42,863 bases of DNA from a virus. This document shows positions 1-8,837 of the stretch, piece by piece; the stretch's first letter is position 1; every line of letters begins with the position of its first letter. The notes below the pieces were generated by a model. That model made no database searches, was not told where the DNA came from, and was given only the letters and a program-made list of their open reading frames with translations. The position numbers and the translations under genes were made by a program. The stretch lies in UHGV virus genome UHGV-0096616. One strand, written 5' to 3'.

Positions 1-219
1 ATATATCAAACAAAATAACCCTGATTAATGAATTATTACGTTTATCATGTTAACTCATCATTATTACATCATCATTGTAAATAATTAAATTAACTTCCAT
101 AACATTAAAATATGTATCCACTGACGCTTTTTTACATAACGAAGAATTGACCATTTTGTCCTGTTGTGCCTTAATGTAAGTACCGTCCACGGCGTGGGAC
201 ATACTTCAAGGAACCTTTT

Positions 220-411
220 GTGAGTCAGGCAACCAGTATGCGAAAACGACACCGATTTAACAGTCGCATGACCCGTATCGTACTGCTCATCAGCTTTATC
301 TTCTTCTTTGGCCGTTTTATCTACTCGTCCGTCGGTGCCTGGCAGCACCATCAGAGCAAAAAAGAAGCTCAGCAATCCACACTCTCCGTCGAATCACCGG
401 TACAACGTTAG
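220..411 (+). CDS. yfgG: small host protein, YfgG-like (63 aa, hydrophobic core)
   Basis: ORF track; size, sequence and position upstream of yfgH/yfgI match my recollection of the E. coli guaA-neighbour locus. Confidence 0.5.
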   Translation: MSQATSMRKRHRFNSRMTRIVLLISFIFFFGRFIYSSVGAWQHHQSKKEAQQSTLSVESPVQR

Positions 412-721
412 CGGTTACCTTCTCCACTCTCACAGAACATAACGGCACCTCGCTGTCGGATGCTTTTGCTCTTTGAGATTATCAAAGCGGCAGATATTCT
501 TTCATCTTAAATTTTACGTCTTTGTTCTGACTGAAGTTCATCCTGTTCGGCTGCGAAATAAATACATCATTAATACATATGTTGTGATGATGTATTTTTA
601 TAAATTATTTCCCGCATGAATTTTAATAAATTTAATCTATTCCTTTATACGCAATACATTTACTTTCCTCTTTTGATGATCTTAAATGTCTTATTTTTCG
701 TAATGTGTATAACAAGGAATA

Positions 722-1240
722 GTGATGAAATTTAAAAAATGTCTTCTGCCTGTGGCAATGTTAGCGTCATTCACTCTGGCAGGATGCCAGTCAAATGCTG
801 ATGATCATGCCGCCGATGTTTATCAAACCGATCAACTGAATACCAAACAAGAAACTAAAACCGTTAATATTATTTCCATTCTTCCCGCAAAAGTTGCCGT
901 AGACAACTCCCAAAATAAACGGAACGCACAAGCCTTCGGCGCGCTTATTGGTGCAGTCGCTGGCGGTGTAATCGGCCACAACGTGGGGTCTGGCAGCAAT
1001 TCCGGAACGACGGCAGGTGCAGTTGGCGGCGGAGCTGTTGGCGCGGCAGCGGGTTCTATGGTGAATGATAAAACCTTAGTGGAAGGTGTTTCTCTAACGT
1101 ATAAGGAAGGCACCAAAGTGTATACCTCCACCCAGGTGGGTAAAGAGTGCCAGTTTACGACAGGTTTAGCCGTTGTTATTACCACGACGTATAACGAAAC
1201 GCGTATTCAGCCAAATACGAAATGTCCTGAAAAGAGCTAA
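722..1240 (+). CDS. yfgH: outer-membrane lipoprotein YfgH-like (172 aa)
   Basis: Signal peptide ending in lipobox LAGC, Gly/Ala-rich glycine-zipper region; synteny with guaA. Confidence 0.6.
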   Translation: MMKFKKCLLPVAMLASFTLAGCQSNADDHAADVYQTDQLNTKQETKTVNIISILPAKVAVDNSQNKRNAQAFGALIGAVAGGVIGHNVGSGSNSGTTAGAVGGGAVGAAAGSMVNDKTLVEGVSLTYKEGTKVYTSTQVGKECQFTTGLAVVITTTYNETRIQPNTKCPEKS

Positions 1241-1255
1241 TGATCAGGAGGAGTC

Positions 1256-1795
1256 ATGAAGAAAGTTTTTCTTTGCGCCATCTTAGCCTCCTTAAGCTAT
1301 CCGGCTATCGCCTCATCATTGCAGGATCAACTCTCGGCTGTCGCAGAAGCGGAACAGCAAGGTAAAAATGAAGAGCAAAGGCAGCATGACGAATGGGTCG
1401 CGGAGCGCAACAGGGAAATCCAGCAAGAGAAGCAACGTCGCGCAAACGCCCAGGCCGCGGCTAATAAAAGAGCGGCAACGGCAGCGGCGAATAAGAAAGC
1501 TCGTCAGGATAAACTGGACGCCGAAGCCACTGCGGACAAAAAACGCGATCAAAGTTATGAAGATGAGCTACGCAGCTTAGAGATTCAGAAACAAAAACTG
1601 GCGCTGGCGAAAGAAGAAGCCCGCGTCAAGCGCGAAAACGAATTTATCGATCAGGAACTGAAGCACAAAGCTGCGCAAACCGATGTGGTGCAATCTGAAG
1701 CTGACGCAAACAGAAATATGACTGAAGGCGGTCGCGATCTGATGAAAAGCGTGGGCAAAGCAGAAGAGAACAAATCGGACAGCTGGTTTAACTAA
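1256..1795 (+). CDS. yfgI: YfgI-like secreted coiled-coil protein (179 aa)
   Basis: N-terminal signal peptide, charged K/E/Q/A-rich body; RBS AGGAGG upstream; synteny. Confidence 0.6.
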   Translation: MKKVFLCAILASLSYPAIASSLQDQLSAVAEAEQQGKNEEQRQHDEWVAERNREIQQEKQRRANAQAAANKRAATAAANKKARQDKLDAEATADKKRDQSYEDELRSLEIQKQKLALAKEEARVKRENEFIDQELKHKAAQTDVVQSEADANRNMTEGGRDLMKSVGKAEENKSDSWFN

Positions 1796-1831
1796 GCGAT
1801 GTCAGTAACTTCAAGCCTATGATTCGTGAGT

Positions 1832-1866
1832 ATAAAAAACCCTCTGTAGTAACAGAGGGTTTTGTT
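1832..1866. terminator. intrinsic terminator hairpin after yfgI (AACCCTCTGT-agta-ACAGAGGGTT then T-run), A-run on the other side
   Basis: Inverted repeat plus T-run read directly. Confidence 0.55.
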
Positions 1867-1886
1867 CATTCATAGTGCAGGGTTCA

Positions 1887-1903
1887 AATCATTCCCACTC
1901 AAT
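1887..1903 (+). repeat. attL core, AATCATTCCCACTCAAT
   Basis: Exact 17-bp copy of the sequence at 41234-41250. Confidence 0.7.
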
Positions 1904-2013
1904 TATTTACGGCATCCATAACCAATTGAGTGATAACATTTTTCCAAGACTTCATTTTTTTAGTACCGTTTTATATACCGTCACCGGAAATCAGTACCAT
2001 GAAAAATGCCATG

Positions 2014-2496
2014 CTATCTTGTCAGGGTGTCATACTGTTTTTCGCAGACTCTTCCGGCTTCGACTGCCCGGTCAGCATACTCTGCCAGTTGTCTGTTTCT
2101 CTCGAGAGATTTGCTGAGCACGTCGGCAAGCAAAACTCCGGTGTCTGCGGCTGACGACCCAGCGCCGACAATGGCGTTATAGTGCCTGAGCTGCTCACGG
2201 ATGGCAACGAGCTGTTGCTGCAACCGGCCAGCGCGAGCGGCAGCATCAAGAGCATCATTGCGCGCCTGGTCGATCCTCTGCTGCGCTTCACGTTCATTGA
2301 TCGATTTCTCCTGTTCGTAGTGCTGACGAACTCTCTCATCTTCGGTTTTGCGGTCTTCTTTCGCCTGTGCATACCCGGCGTCGTACTGACGACTGCCGTG
2401 TGCATTCCAGGCTACAACTCCTGATATGACCAGAACAGCAAACATCGCCATGATAACCAACTGTTTCCAGTATGCTTTTGCGAATGCCCAGATCAT
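2014..2496 (-). CDS. Rz-like i-spanin (160 aa; N-terminal TM helix, coiled-coil periplasmic domain)
   Basis: Immediately downstream of endolysin with ATGA start/stop overlap; TM plus coiled coil; contains an embedded lipoprotein ORF. Confidence 0.7.
   Translation of the reverse strand: MIWAFAKAYWKQLVIMAMFAVLVISGVVAWNAHGSRQYDAGYAQAKEDRKTEDERVRQHYEQEKSINEREAQQRIDQARNDALDAAARAGRLQQQLVAIREQLRHYNAIVGAGSSAADTGVLLADVLSKSLERNRQLAEYADRAVEAGRVCEKQYDTLTR
2022..2258 (-). CDS. Rz1-like o-spanin lipoprotein embedded in the +1 frame of Rz
   Basis: ORF fully inside Rz in another frame; signal peptide [13 protein letters not shown] with lipobox; start could also be the upstream Met (to 2297). Confidence 0.55.
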   Translation of the reverse strand: MMLLMLPLALAGCSNSSLPSVSSSGTITPLSALGRQPQTPEFCLPTCSANLSRETDNWQSMLTGQSKPEESAKNSMTP

Positions 2497-3122
2497 GCCG
2501 CCAGCACCTTACTTGCAGTGATGTATCGCGCGCGCCGGTCATCAATGCCGTTCCGGCCACCATTGATAAGCAGAGTTACACGTGCAATATCTCCGGTATA
2601 CTTCATGCAGCCTTTGCTGGAGAAGAACCACGCCGCGCTACGAGCCGCGTATTCGTCCTGCGCCAGCAGTTCAGGACTCTCCAGCAGGTAAACCTTAAGA
2701 CCGTTTCCACAGTCACGATAGTTATTCAAACCGGTAATCTGGATAAGTCCGCGCCCACGGTAGTTCCAGCCATCGCCAGGAGCATTGTTACCCATGCGTT
2801 TGCTGTACACCAGATTTGCGATCGCACGCTGGCGCTCGAGTGGTAATGGCGGTTCACCAGCACGGCGACCCAGTGCGTTGGCTTGTCCCTGAGTGAGACG
2901 ACCAGCACGAACGAAGTTAGCCAGTCCGGTGACGCTGTAGTTGAAATTTTCCTGCAACCGGGTGAAGCCTCCAGACTCATGCCCGACCTGAGCAATAAAC
3001 ATTGCCTGATCTTCTGGTTTACTGATACCAAACTCTTTCATCGCAGAAGTTATATGCGAGAACCAGCGTGCGGCCAGCGCCTCGCTAATACCAGCAGCTC
3101 GCTGGAATTGTTTAATCTCCAT
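2493..3122 (-). CDS. Endolysin, glycoside hydrolase family 19 (chitinase-like) type
   Basis: Motifs VGHESGGF and [15 protein letters not shown]; start placed at internal ATG (MEIKQF) with GAGG RBS, not the longer track ORF. Confidence 0.85.
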   Translation of the reverse strand: MEIKQFQRAAGISEALAARWFSHITSAMKEFGISKPEDQAMFIAQVGHESGGFTRLQENFNYSVTGLANFVRAGRLTQGQANALGRRAGEPPLPLERQRAIANLVYSKRMGNNAPGDGWNYRGRGLIQITGLNNYRDCGNGLKVYLLESPELLAQDEYAARSAAWFFSSKGCMKYTGDIARVTLLINGGRNGIDDRRARYITASKVLAA

Positions 3123-3420
3123 GTTTAGACCTCGATACTTTGAAAATTTGAACGACGTTACCGCGCGTTTTAATAACCGCAGCGAGCATGACAGCGTTGA
3201 TAATGACCTCAGATAAATCCACAGCCATTGGCGTACGAAACCAGATTGCATAGGAGACACGAACCGGAATACTGGCCGCAGCAACAATCAGGAAATAAGC
3301 AAGCCACCCACCCCATCTTCGGTGTTGGGATCCGTTACGCCGGAATGTAACAACGCGAATTGCAATGCCAGTACAAATAACTGCATTGGTGATAAGCAAA
3401 AAAAGCTCATTAGTTACCAT
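3112..3420 (-). CDS. small membrane protein, holin/antiholin candidate (102 aa)
   Basis: 2-3 predicted TM helices; between the upstream holin-like gene and endolysin, overlapping both. Confidence 0.45.
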   Translation of the reverse strand: MVTNELFLLITNAVICTGIAIRVVTFRRNGSQHRRWGGWLAYFLIVAAASIPVRVSYAIWFRTPMAVDLSEVIINAVMLAAVIKTRGNVVQIFKVSRSKHGD

Positions 3421-3811
3421 CGCCTTTTCTCCCAGGAATTAATTCGCGTGGATTGTCGGAACGGTGATAGAGCCATATACCAATGCGCACAGCGACAATT
3501 GCTGACACAAATGCGCCAGCAGAGAAAACAATCCCTTTTTCAAAAGAGTCCTGCGTGATAGTAGGGATCAGGCTGGCTATGCCGATAAGAATTGATGCTG
3601 CTGGTTTATAAAAAAGAAGGCCGCAGAGAAAGCTAAGCATCGACAAGAGTACACGACGACGAATGGGATACTCTACCGCAGAGGTAACAAAAATTACCGC
3701 TCCAGCCAAAGCCCCCAAAGCAACCTCAGGAGGAACTCCTGCTATCACCGCCGCCAGAGAACTCATGCTAAGCCACTGATTTAAAGTTTCACTGGTTAGT
3801 TGAGCTGACAT
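3410..3811 (-). CDS. putative holin (about 133 aa, multi-TM)
   Basis: Hydrophobic helices, charged C-terminus; first gene of the lysis cassette; start moved to ATG at 3811 with GGTGGA RBS. Confidence 0.5.
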   Translation of the reverse strand: MSAQLTSETLNQWLSMSSLAAVIAGVPPEVALGALAGAVIFVTSAVEYPIRRRVLLSMLSFLCGLLFYKPAASILIGIASLIPTITQDSFEKGIVFSAGAFVSAIVAVRIGIWLYHRSDNPRELIPGRKGDGN

Positions 3812-3956
3812 GTTTTCCACCGTTTATATGCATTACAACCTCCTAAATGGTAAGTCACAAAGCATAATAAACCATTTATGGTTTATTGTTACTTTCTTAC
3901 AGCAAAAATACTGTCATTGGTATTGGTAAAAGCCCACCCAAGGTGGTGATTTAGGG

Positions 3957-3989
3957 ATAACAGTAAAAGACCACCTCACTATGAGGTGG
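3957..3989 (-). terminator. intrinsic terminator downstream of the tail spike gene (CCACCTCA-tag-TGAGGTGG then U-rich tract on the - strand)
   Basis: Inverted repeat read from sequence. Confidence 0.45.
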
Positions 3990-4069
3990 CTGAGTTATAA
4001 ATAGATGATGTATTATCAATTTTTGGGATTCCCATCATTAATTAATGGGAAAAATTAAAATAGAATAGT

Positions 4070-6646
4070 CTATTTTAACACCCATCCTGTATTTCCTGTT
4101 CCTGTTTTCTTTTGATACCAATCACCATTATAATCAATGTACATTGACCCCTGAGGTGCGGTCACAACACCCTCAGGTGAACCGGAGCCTCTATAAATTC
4201 CAAAGAGAGTTGTACCTCTTACTTTCTCGTATGCAAACAACAAACCATCTGAAGCCCTTCTGATACGCAACGGTTCGTGCTCTGAGTCCGATGCAAATGT
4301 AGTGGTTCCGTTTGAATCTGTTTCCCTGGAAAAACTTCCATCTGTTCTTGTTCCTTCAATGATCGAATTTGGGTAGTTTGGATCATCAGATGAATGTAAC
4401 CTAATATAGGAACTATTTGATGCTGATACCCCCCTACCCCTTAAAATCAATCCCTTAAATGATGACGTAAATAGTGCCTGGATTGAGCCATAAACAGTGT
4501 TATCACTACCGTTTTGCTGATCGTATATTCTTAATCTTGAGCTATTATCATACATAATAGCTTTGAAGTACTCACCAAGACGTTCGCTAAATGCAACAAT
4601 ATTAAAAGCATTGCGCCATCTAAATGATATATTTCGCCCGCTTTCTCCGGCATCTGCACCTGCATTACTTGAAGCATTGGTTATGCCAGAATTAAGGTTC
4701 TGCTCATCGTTGTTACCAGTCGCTGGTCGTATAGAGTAAATTGTCTTTTTCTCAAGAGAATAGCTACTTCCCCATCCATAATCTATTTCAGGACTCCAGT
4801 CTCCAGAATTTGCATCCTTGGTTGTTTCTACCCAATAAGAGCCATTTGATGGAGGGACACCAATTATTCCAGAAGTCTCAATGGATGATGCAGCCCATCT
4901 TCTTCCACGCCAGTTTACAATATTAGCTCCTGCCCTCCATGTTTCTATGCAGCTTATAATTATTTCTTCACCACGAATAGTTAGACCTTCCGGCTCAAAT
5001 CTGGCTGGATTCCCAAGAGTTGGATGGTTAAGCAACCCATCGCGCCCATATTGCGACCTTGCATCATCGATATCTAATTTTCTTAGTAAATTACCTGTTA
5101 AATCATATGTAAAGATATGATGCTTTCCAAAAGCATTAGCCCCCCCCTTAAGTATATGTATATATCTTCCATCAGACGCAATACCTTGTACAGAGTAAGC
5201 GCCTTCAGAAGGTGAGTCGCTCATTTCCCAAACAAACATGGGGTTTGCTAATGTTTTATCTTCAAGTTTATCAATTGATATTTTATCGTATATAAATACA
5301 GTTCGTTTAGCGGCATCACTCTTTGGTGTATTAACCATTATTAAAAGACGACCGTCAGAAGAAATGGCAATTCCTGCACGATTGTAATCTTGAAATGGGT
5401 GACCGCTACCAGTAATCCCCCATACATTATAACTTTTTACGTCAGACTGAGTTGTTCCTGCCCCTCGCCAAGTTATTTTACTAAACCCTTTGCCTGCAGA
5501 CTCCCCATCTTCACCTGAATTGGTTACACTTGATGTATATAAATATACTTGACCATTCTCCACCATGGCAGAAATATCAAATCCGTGCCCAAGGTTTAAT
5601 TCTGGAGAATACGCAACATGGTTTACTACCCTTCCATCATCATAAAGATTAAACTCAACAATACGAACTCTTTCTTTATCTGACCAGGTTGGCCCAACAG
5701 GCCGTTGTGTGACAAATAGTTTTTCAATGCCATTAACACGGCAATATGCGATCCCCTGTAACGCATTTCTGGCATTAGGATAAATTTCTGTGTTTGTTTC
5801 TCCCTGAAAACCAAAAAAAGGTTCCATCATTTTTCTCTGCACAAGTTTGTCAGTTTCAAGTAGACGAGAAACTGAAATAAGAGATCCATTATCAGCAACA
5901 ATCCTCCCAATACCTTGAACAGAAGATACATCAACTTCGAGAGTATTTACTGCAAAATCGCCATTAGGAACAAACGCTCTGTGGCCTGCATTAGAGAACG
6001 CCTCCGTAGAATCAGTTATTCCATCTCCCTTTGCACCAAAATCGCTAACACTGACGATATCTCTCATCTTATCCTGGAACGTTCGGTATACTGCTCCAGA
6101 ACCATACTGAATAAACCAACCAAAACCACCAACAACCCCGGCGATTGCAGCATCGACATAATTACGCATTGAGCGATTATTTACAGCATCCTGCTCAAGT
6201 GATGGATCTGCAAGGTTAGAAATTCTGTTTTGCTTTGCATCGTAATATTTTGCAAGCAGAGAGGGCTTCATCAATGCACGTCTGAACCACCCAAAACATT
6301 GCTGGATCAGCATCGTCAGATAGTCAAAGGCATCCTCATGCACTTCGGGGAAAAACTTTCCCTGATTGCGAAGGTCTGTCTCCTGCACCACATCAAGCAC
6401 ACGATCTATCGTAATTCGCCAGCCAGCAGCAAGCGGCGACGGAAGAACCACAGAACCGCCACTATAAGTGCCCGCCCCAGTTACCGTATAACCGGTATCC
6501 AGAACCAATTCTGTTACGTTCCCGTTCAGGTCAGACACCTGAACAACCAGGTCGGATTTTTTGAAAATACGGAAGGTATACGGAAATGATGTCGTAACGC
6601 CGTTACCTGTGTATTCGTTGTGGTCAACTTCGGTTGAGACCGTCAT
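4070..6646 (-). CDS. Tail spike / tail fiber (858 aa): T7 gp17-like N-terminal adaptor domain plus beta-helix-like receptor-binding/depolymerase body
   Basis: N-terminal ~120 aa resemble podovirus tail-fiber adaptor domains; DFGAKGDGITD motif typical of tailspike beta-helices; visibly AT-rich; GGAG RBS. Confidence 0.75.
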   Translation of the reverse strand: MTVSTEVDHNEYTGNGVTTSFPYTFRIFKKSDLVVQVSDLNGNVTELVLDTGYTVTGAGTYSGGSVVLPSPLAAGWRITIDRVLDVVQETDLRNQGKFFPEVHEDAFDYLTMLIQQCFGWFRRALMKPSLLAKYYDAKQNRISNLADPSLEQDAVNNRSMRNYVDAAIAGVVGGFGWFIQYGSGAVYRTFQDKMRDIVSVSDFGAKGDGITDSTEAFSNAGHRAFVPNGDFAVNTLEVDVSSVQGIGRIVADNGSLISVSRLLETDKLVQRKMMEPFFGFQGETNTEIYPNARNALQGIAYCRVNGIEKLFVTQRPVGPTWSDKERVRIVEFNLYDDGRVVNHVAYSPELNLGHGFDISAMVENGQVYLYTSSVTNSGEDGESAGKGFSKITWRGAGTTQSDVKSYNVWGITGSGHPFQDYNRAGIAISSDGRLLIMVNTPKSDAAKRTVFIYDKISIDKLEDKTLANPMFVWEMSDSPSEGAYSVQGIASDGRYIHILKGGANAFGKHHIFTYDLTGNLLRKLDIDDARSQYGRDGLLNHPTLGNPARFEPEGLTIRGEEIIISCIETWRAGANIVNWRGRRWAASSIETSGIIGVPPSNGSYWVETTKDANSGDWSPEIDYGWGSSYSLEKKTIYSIRPATGNNDEQNLNSGITNASSNAGADAGESGRNISFRWRNAFNIVAFSERLGEYFKAIMYDNSSRLRIYDQQNGSDNTVYGSIQALFTSSFKGLILRGRGVSASNSSYIRLHSSDDPNYPNSIIEGTRTDGSFSRETDSNGTTTFASDSEHEPLRIRRASDGLLFAYEKVRGTTLFGIYRGSGSPEGVVTAPQGSMYIDYNGDWYQKKTGTGNTGWVLK

Positions 6647-6749
6647 GTTAAATCTCCAGATAGTCGCAGCACCCGTTGCGCCGCATATCTGGTTATTCTA
6701 TTACCCAAAAAACCACATATGGATAGAAAGACTGTAAATACGAATAGAT

Positions 6750-6766
6750 ATTACCTTTCGGGTAAT
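6750..6766. promoter_or_regulatory. palindrome ATTACCTTTCGGGTAAT (site 1 of 13), putative operator
   Basis: TTACC-N5-GGTAA dyad; between the tail spike start and the LexA-box gene. Confidence 0.5.
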
Positions 6767-6802
6767 TTGCAAAACGTGCTGGATAGCAAACAAATTATTT
6801 GA

Positions 6803-6822
6803 TACTGTATAAATATACAGTT
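6803..6822 (+). promoter_or_regulatory. LexA (SOS) box TACTGTATAAATATACAGTT
   Basis: CTGT-N8-ACAG with AT-rich spacer, 17/20 match to consensus TACTGTATATATATACAGTA as I recall it, ~20 bp upstream of the 6842 start. Confidence 0.7.
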
Positions 6823-6841
6823 ATTGCATGGAGAAGATAAG

Positions 6842-7099
6842 ATGCAGCAGTATCACTATCCACTGGAAGACGGATTTACCGAAAGGATTCACACGCCGGG
6901 AGGCGTCAGGTCACTGGTGGAGGGATCGCACTTGATGAAATTACTCCGGGATCTCGATAAGGATGGATTTAATGTCGATGGCCCACTTGCCGAACTGACT
7001 GCACTGATTAACTACGTCACCAGCTCACAGATGTCTATGCAGGATCTGCAAACACATCTCGACTATTGTGCCGAACAATTACGAAAACAAACCAGATAA
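6842..7099 (+). CDS. small SOS-controlled protein (85 aa), putative antirepressor; shares a C-terminal domain with the Bro-N protein
   Basis: ATG with GGAG RBS; LexA box upstream; C-terminal ~50 aa align by eye with the C-terminus of the 7415-8110 product. Confidence 0.45.
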   Translation: MQQYHYPLEDGFTERIHTPGGVRSLVEGSHLMKLLRDLDKDGFNVDGPLAELTALINYVTSSQMSMQDLQTHLDYCAEQLRKQTR

Positions 7100-7129
7100 G
7101 GTTTGCAATTACCAAATGGAGTGCTTATA

Positions 7130-7146
7130 TTTACCTTTGCGGTAAA
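7130..7146. promoter_or_regulatory. palindrome TTTACCTTTGCGGTAAA (site 2) overlapping a sigma70-like promoter (-35 TTGCAA 7103-7108, -10 TATATT 7126-7131)
   Basis: Dyad plus 17-bp-spaced promoter hexamers. Confidence 0.5.
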
Positions 7147-7149
7147 TTT

Positions 7150-7257
7150 ACATCGCACTCCTCTTGTGCCATAGTAATCGGGCACTGGCAAAATCCAGTG
7201 CCGGGATTGGCGTCCCGGATTACTAAAAGGCGCATTCACCGCGCAAGCGGTTTTTTT
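7150..7257 (+). ncRNA. candidate small RNA / attenuating leader: two stem-loops plus intrinsic terminator (ACCGC-gcaa-GCGGT then T7)
   Basis: Hairpins at 7181-7202 and 7201-7218, terminator at 7238-7257, no ORF; sits between the promoter/operator and the Bro-N gene. Confidence 0.35.
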
Positions 7258-7414
7258 ATGCGTATAGCACGGCCACATTCGTATTATGGTGGGCTGTGTG
7301 GGGGCACCGAAAGGTGCGCCGGGTCCTTTTAGCCGGTTACGCCAACCCTGCACAGCTCACCACCAACCGATTGGCGTCGGTAGTGGTGATTAACCAGACT
7401 AAAAGGTAACCACT

Positions 7415-8110
7415 ATGACAGCTACAAAAAGCACGTCCATTTTTTCTTTCGAATCCCAAGCCGATATACGAGTAATCGTCATTAATGGTGAGCCATGGTT
7501 TATCGCTTCAGATGTTTGTCGGGCTATAGGCATAGCAAACCATCGAGATGCTGTTCGAAAACTTGATGATGATGAGAAGGGCGTCGCTTCAACCGACACC
7601 CCTGGCGGTGAGCAAGAATCGATCATCATCTCCGAGTCAGGCCTCTACACACTGATCCTCCGCTGCCGCGACGCAGTGACACCAGGCACTATCCCATACC
7701 GCTTTCGTAAATGGGTTACAGGTGAGGTTCTTCCTCAGATCCGCCGCACCGGAAGTTACATTAAAAACTCGCTCCCGCAGGAAGAGCGCATAAAGATGGT
7801 TGCCGACCAGGTAGCCAACGCCACAGCATCAGCAGTGATGCAGGCGATGAAGATAGAGAACAAAACCTACAGTGCCCCACTGAAGCCCGGCTACCGCAGC
7901 CTGATTCATTCGCCGTCTGGTGTTCTCGGCCTGACGGAGAACTCACTGCTGATGAATCTGCTGAACCAGTTACAGGACGACGGGCACGACGTATCGGGCG
8001 CGGCGGCGGAGCTGACCACCATGTTCTGCTACATCGTCGGTGTGAGCAAATGCCTGCGTGATATCCAGACACACGCGGAGTACATCAACGACAAGGCTGG
8101 GTTCTTCTGA
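7415..8110 (+). CDS. Bro-N domain protein (231 aa), putative antirepressor
   Basis: N-terminal Bro-N-like domain; C-terminal domain homologous to the 6842-7099 product; RBS AAGG. Confidence 0.65.
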   Translation: MTATKSTSIFSFESQADIRVIVINGEPWFIASDVCRAIGIANHRDAVRKLDDDEKGVASTDTPGGEQESIIISESGLYTLILRCRDAVTPGTIPYRFRKWVTGEVLPQIRRTGSYIKNSLPQEERIKMVADQVANATASAVMQAMKIENKTYSAPLKPGYRSLIHSPSGVLGLTENSLLMNLLNQLQDDGHDVSGAAAELTTMFCYIVGVSKCLRDIQTHAEYINDKAGFF

Positions 8111-8180
8111 CGGCGGCGGCACAGGGACGTGCCTTTAAATAATTCTGTACAGATTGCAGACTGGGGGTGAATAGCGTACT

Positions 8181-8197
8181 ATTACCTTAAAGGTAAA
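8181..8197. promoter_or_regulatory. palindrome ATTACCTTAAAGGTAAA (site 3) just downstream of promoter (-35 TTGCAG 8154-8159, -10 TACTAT 8177-8182)
   Basis: Dyad overlapping -10/+1 and adjacent to the AAGGAGG RBS of the 8209 ORF. Confidence 0.5.
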
Positions 8198-8208
8198 GGA
8201 GGCGCGAT

Positions 8209-8376
8209 ATGACAGCGTTGAAAAATCGTACTCAGCACAATGAACAAGCCAAGCAATGCTGGGATGTCATTGGAAAAGTTATGCTTGGCCGCGCAAGCAA
8301 AGAGCGCGACAAGGATATGGTTTACCAGACAGGAACATCTTTCAGCGACTTCAAGGCGGCATTTCGCTCCAAATAG
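8209..8376 (+). CDS. small hypothetical protein (55 aa)
   Basis: Strong RBS AAGGAGG 7 nt upstream of ATG; first gene of a two-gene accessory unit. Confidence 0.4.
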   Translation: MTALKNRTQHNEQAKQCWDVIGKVMLGRASKERDKDMVYQTGTSFSDFKAAFRSK

Positions 8377-8396
8377 AAGCACATTAGGAGTTTGTC

Positions 8397-8837
8397 TTGA
8401 AGTTTAACATTAGAATATCTAATAGTTTTCTAAATGGGGAAAGCAACACCCATTTCGCTGTAGACGGACCTTTCCTTACTGACGATGAAATAAAAATCAT
8501 ACAAAGGTTTTTAGAAGATGTTGCCAATGGAAGGGCGCTTGTTGGAAAAAACAAGCCATCGTGGGTTGATGATAACCATGATAAAATTCCCGGCTCAGAC
8601 AATTATGAGCAAGAGAATTATTGGCATTATCATTGTGGGCCAACATGGTATCCAAACACATTTAAGAATTATACCATTAACTTAAATTTCAACCCTGGCG
8701 GAATGCATTCTAATGAATGCATTCATTATGCAAAAAATGATAATGAAATTGTCGTTGTTGGATTTTCAAGAGAACACATACCTTTCCTTTCATCAGATGG
8801 AAACGACAATCCGCTTTTTTATGATGAAGAAGAATAG
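8397..8837 (+). CDS. AT-rich accessory (moron) protein, 146 aa, acidic C-terminus, unknown function
   Basis: TTG start with AGGAG RBS; visibly much lower GC than neighbours; followed by intrinsic terminator; no family recognised. Confidence 0.5.
   Translation: MKFNIRISNSFLNGESNTHFAVDGPFLTDDEIKIIQRFLEDVANGRALVGKNKPSWVDDNHDKIPGSDNYEQENYWHYHCGPTWYPNTFKNYTINLNFNPGGMHSNECIHYAKNDNEIVVVGFSREHIPFLSSDGNDNPLFYDEEE

Noticed and set aside
85-375. Minus-strand ORF (96 aa) overlapping the yfgG-like gene and its upstream region
   Set aside because: Antisense to a plausible host gene, no RBS, low-complexity translation; treated as spurious. The same applies to other antisense track ORFs such as 791-979, 832-1185, 1316-1552, 10213-10404 and 27331-27645
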